From NCBI GenBank assembly GCA_039030125.1, contig JBCCEV010000003.1, positions 1 to 50,790 of the forward strand: 50,790 bases of DNA, written 5' to 3'. Both the position numbers and the translations under genes were made by a program. The DNA is from Pseudomonadota bacterium (lineage in GTDB: Bacteria; Pseudomonadota; Gammaproteobacteria; Ga0077536). A model generated the notes under the pieces. The model had not been told where the DNA came from, did not search any database, and worked only from the letters and a program-made list of their open reading frames with translations. Below are positions 49,266 through 50,790 of the stretch, in pieces. Numbering within the stretch: position 1 is the first letter of the stretch; each line of letters opens with the position of its first letter.

Positions 49266-49862
49266 TTAGAGCGCGCCCATCTCTTCCATCTGCTCGACTA
49301 TCGATTCCGCCATCACACGGTAGCCGGCGGCATTGAGATGAATCGGATCGGATTTGTATTTAGGCTGTCGCAAAAGATTTCCTAGAAGCTTCTCGACAAG
49401 CACGACGTTATGTTCTTCTGCAAGCTCCTTGTAGAGTGGCGCTACTTTCGAAAACAGCTTCTTCTCTGGCACCCCGATCAACAAGATCTGAATACCCTTG
49501 CCCTGGGCCAAAGTAATCATCGCCGCTAGATTAGATTTGGTTTGTGTTCGTTCAACGTTGCGGAGAATGTCATTACCGCCTTCTAAAAGAATCAAGAAAT
49601 CGGGATTAGTGTTCTCCAGCACGCTTGCGAAACGCGCCAACCCTCCGGCCGTTGTTTCTCCTGACACGCCGGAGCCGATCACTTCCAAGCCGCTCAGCTC
49701 GCCCAGCACCGAGGGGTAGCTATCTTCACTCGTTGCGCCCACACCCACCGTTAAGCTATCGCCGAAAGCCAATATCGTGCCGTTATCGGGAATACGTTCG
49801 AGATCTTCGGACCCGCATCCATTCAGCGTTAGCGCGACGATAAAGAGGAGGAATTTAGCGAT
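49266..49862 (-). CDS. GDSL/SGNH arylesterase-like lipoprotein
   Basis: FGDSLT, GVSGETT, GGND, DPIHLN; lipobox LNGC; best-placed start is ATC at 49862. Confidence 0.85.
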   Translation of the reverse strand: MAKFLLFIVALTLNGCGSEDLERIPDNGTILAFGDSLTVGVGATSEDSYPSVLGELSGLEVIGSGVSGETTAGGLARFASVLENTNPDFLILLEGGNDILRNVERTQTKSNLAAMITLAQGKGIQILLIGVPEKKLFSKVAPLYKELAEEHNVVLVEKLLGNLLRQPKYKSDPIHLNAAGYRVMAESIVEQMEEMGAL

Positions 49863-49878
49863 TGGATTTCTCCGGATT

Positions 49879-50580
49879 CTAAAAGGGGTCAGAGCCCTTT
49901 TTCGCGGGTCTGCCACGTCGAGCGTAGCCAAGCTTGCGGCCGATCATACTCTCAATCTCTCTACGAAAACGATCAGAGCCAAGCGGTGTACCGGATTCCA
50001 AATGCGTTCGGATACTATCGACGTCGCGTTCTTTAACTAATCCTTCAAACAAGCGCCCATATATTTTCTGGCGCTCGATCGCCGTTGTTCCGAGGTTTCG
50101 ATAACCCTGTGAATCGACCAGCCACTCATGTGTTTCACCCCTCGCGTTGCGACGGAAACTGGACCAACGATATAGCCCTGCCTCTAGGACCATCCCTGCT
50201 CGCACCGGATTGAGTTCGATATAGCGGGAGCACACGAGAGCGTAGCGCTCTGAGTCGACCACGCTACCTTTATGCCGACCTTCCCAGAGGGTTCCTGAGC
50301 GTTTGTAGGTGTGATTCACGTATGTCACGTACTTGCTTCCAAGGTGCTGCAAAACGCGGCTGATGGACGACTCGTCATGTGGCGTCATCAGTAAATGCAC
50401 ATGGTTGGTCATGAGCACGAACGCGTGCACTGCGCAGCCGTAACGCTCCGCGCTTTCTCGCAGAAAGCTCAGATAAGTCGCATAGTCGCTATCGTCAAAA
50501 AATACAGCTTGGCGATCATTACCGCGCTGGACGATATGGGCAGGAACGCCCGGGACATAACATCGCCGTTTCCTTGGCAT
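49879..50580 (-). mobile_element. REP-associated tyrosine (HUH/Y1) transposase, RAYT-like
   Basis: MPRK.R, HIVQRGNDR, FVLMTNHVHLL (HUH), YIELNPVRAGMV, YRWSS. Confidence 0.9.
49881..49902. repeat. REP-like imperfect palindrome, left copy
   Basis: AAAAGGG-GTCAGAG-CCCTTTT; 49886-49901 is the exact reverse complement of 50636-50651. Confidence 0.75.
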
Positions 50581-50635
50581 GTTGTAACCTCCTTGTTGGT
50601 TTTGTTGGTAGATCCTTTACCAACGCAAAAGAACG

Positions 50636-50651
50636 AAAAGGGCTCTGACCC
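50636..50651. repeat. REP-like repeat, right (inverted) copy
   Basis: AAAAGGGCTCTGACCC, a 16-bp inverted match to 49886-49901, upstream of the transposase start. Confidence 0.75.
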
Positions 50652-50668
50652 TGAAGGATCCCCATTAA

Positions 50669-50790
50669 TTATCGGTTGAAGAAAGCATTGTTGGCCAACA
50701 TGTCTCGGTGTTTGTCAGCGATTTCAAATTGTCTGGTATCAAAATTCACTCGGTTGTCGTGTAGAGCCCGTCGGCCCAGATAAATAATCG
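50669..50790 (-). CDS. Possible C-terminus of a gene entering from outside the window
   Basis: Open frame ...IIYLGRRALHDNRVNFDTRQFEIADKHRDMLANNAFFNR* ending at TAA 50669. Confidence 0.3.
   Translation of the reverse strand, partial: IIYLGRRALHDNRVNFDTRQFEIADKHRDMLANNAFFNR

Noticed and set aside
49879-50790. IS605-type element with TnpB
   Set aside because: No RuvC/TnpB ORF is adjacent, and the protein has the longer RAYT-like C-terminus

Overview
Gene-dense bacterial window, inferred to be gammaproteobacterial from the conserved gmk-rpoZ-spoT-ridA-recG, yicC/rph-rdgB-hemW and rng-yhdP-nudJ-mnmA blocks. The first ~16 kb is an accessory catabolic region. It holds an ATP-dependent hydantoinase/acetone-carboxylase-like pair (with an alpha+gamma fusion), an amidase, a cobalt-type nitrile hydratase with its accessory protein, a truncated globin, two methyltransferases, a DUF62 SAM hydrolase, a strikingly eukaryote-like (clan-2/CYP71-like) cytochrome P450, a DehI-like protein and an LLM oxidoreductase. 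At 15.3-15.65 kb an unannotated minus-strand element has a near-consensus sigma-54 promoter, upstream enhancer-like boxes, three hairpins and an intrinsic terminator, so it is a candidate sigma-54 small RNA or attenuator. The rest is mostly housekeeping. Near the end are a catalytically degenerate GlgC paralogue, a GDSL lipoprotein that appears to start at ATC, and a REP-associated tyrosine transposase bracketed by a 16-bp inverted repeat. No rRNA, tRNA or CRISPR array was seen. All family calls are from motif recognition by eye; no searches were run.
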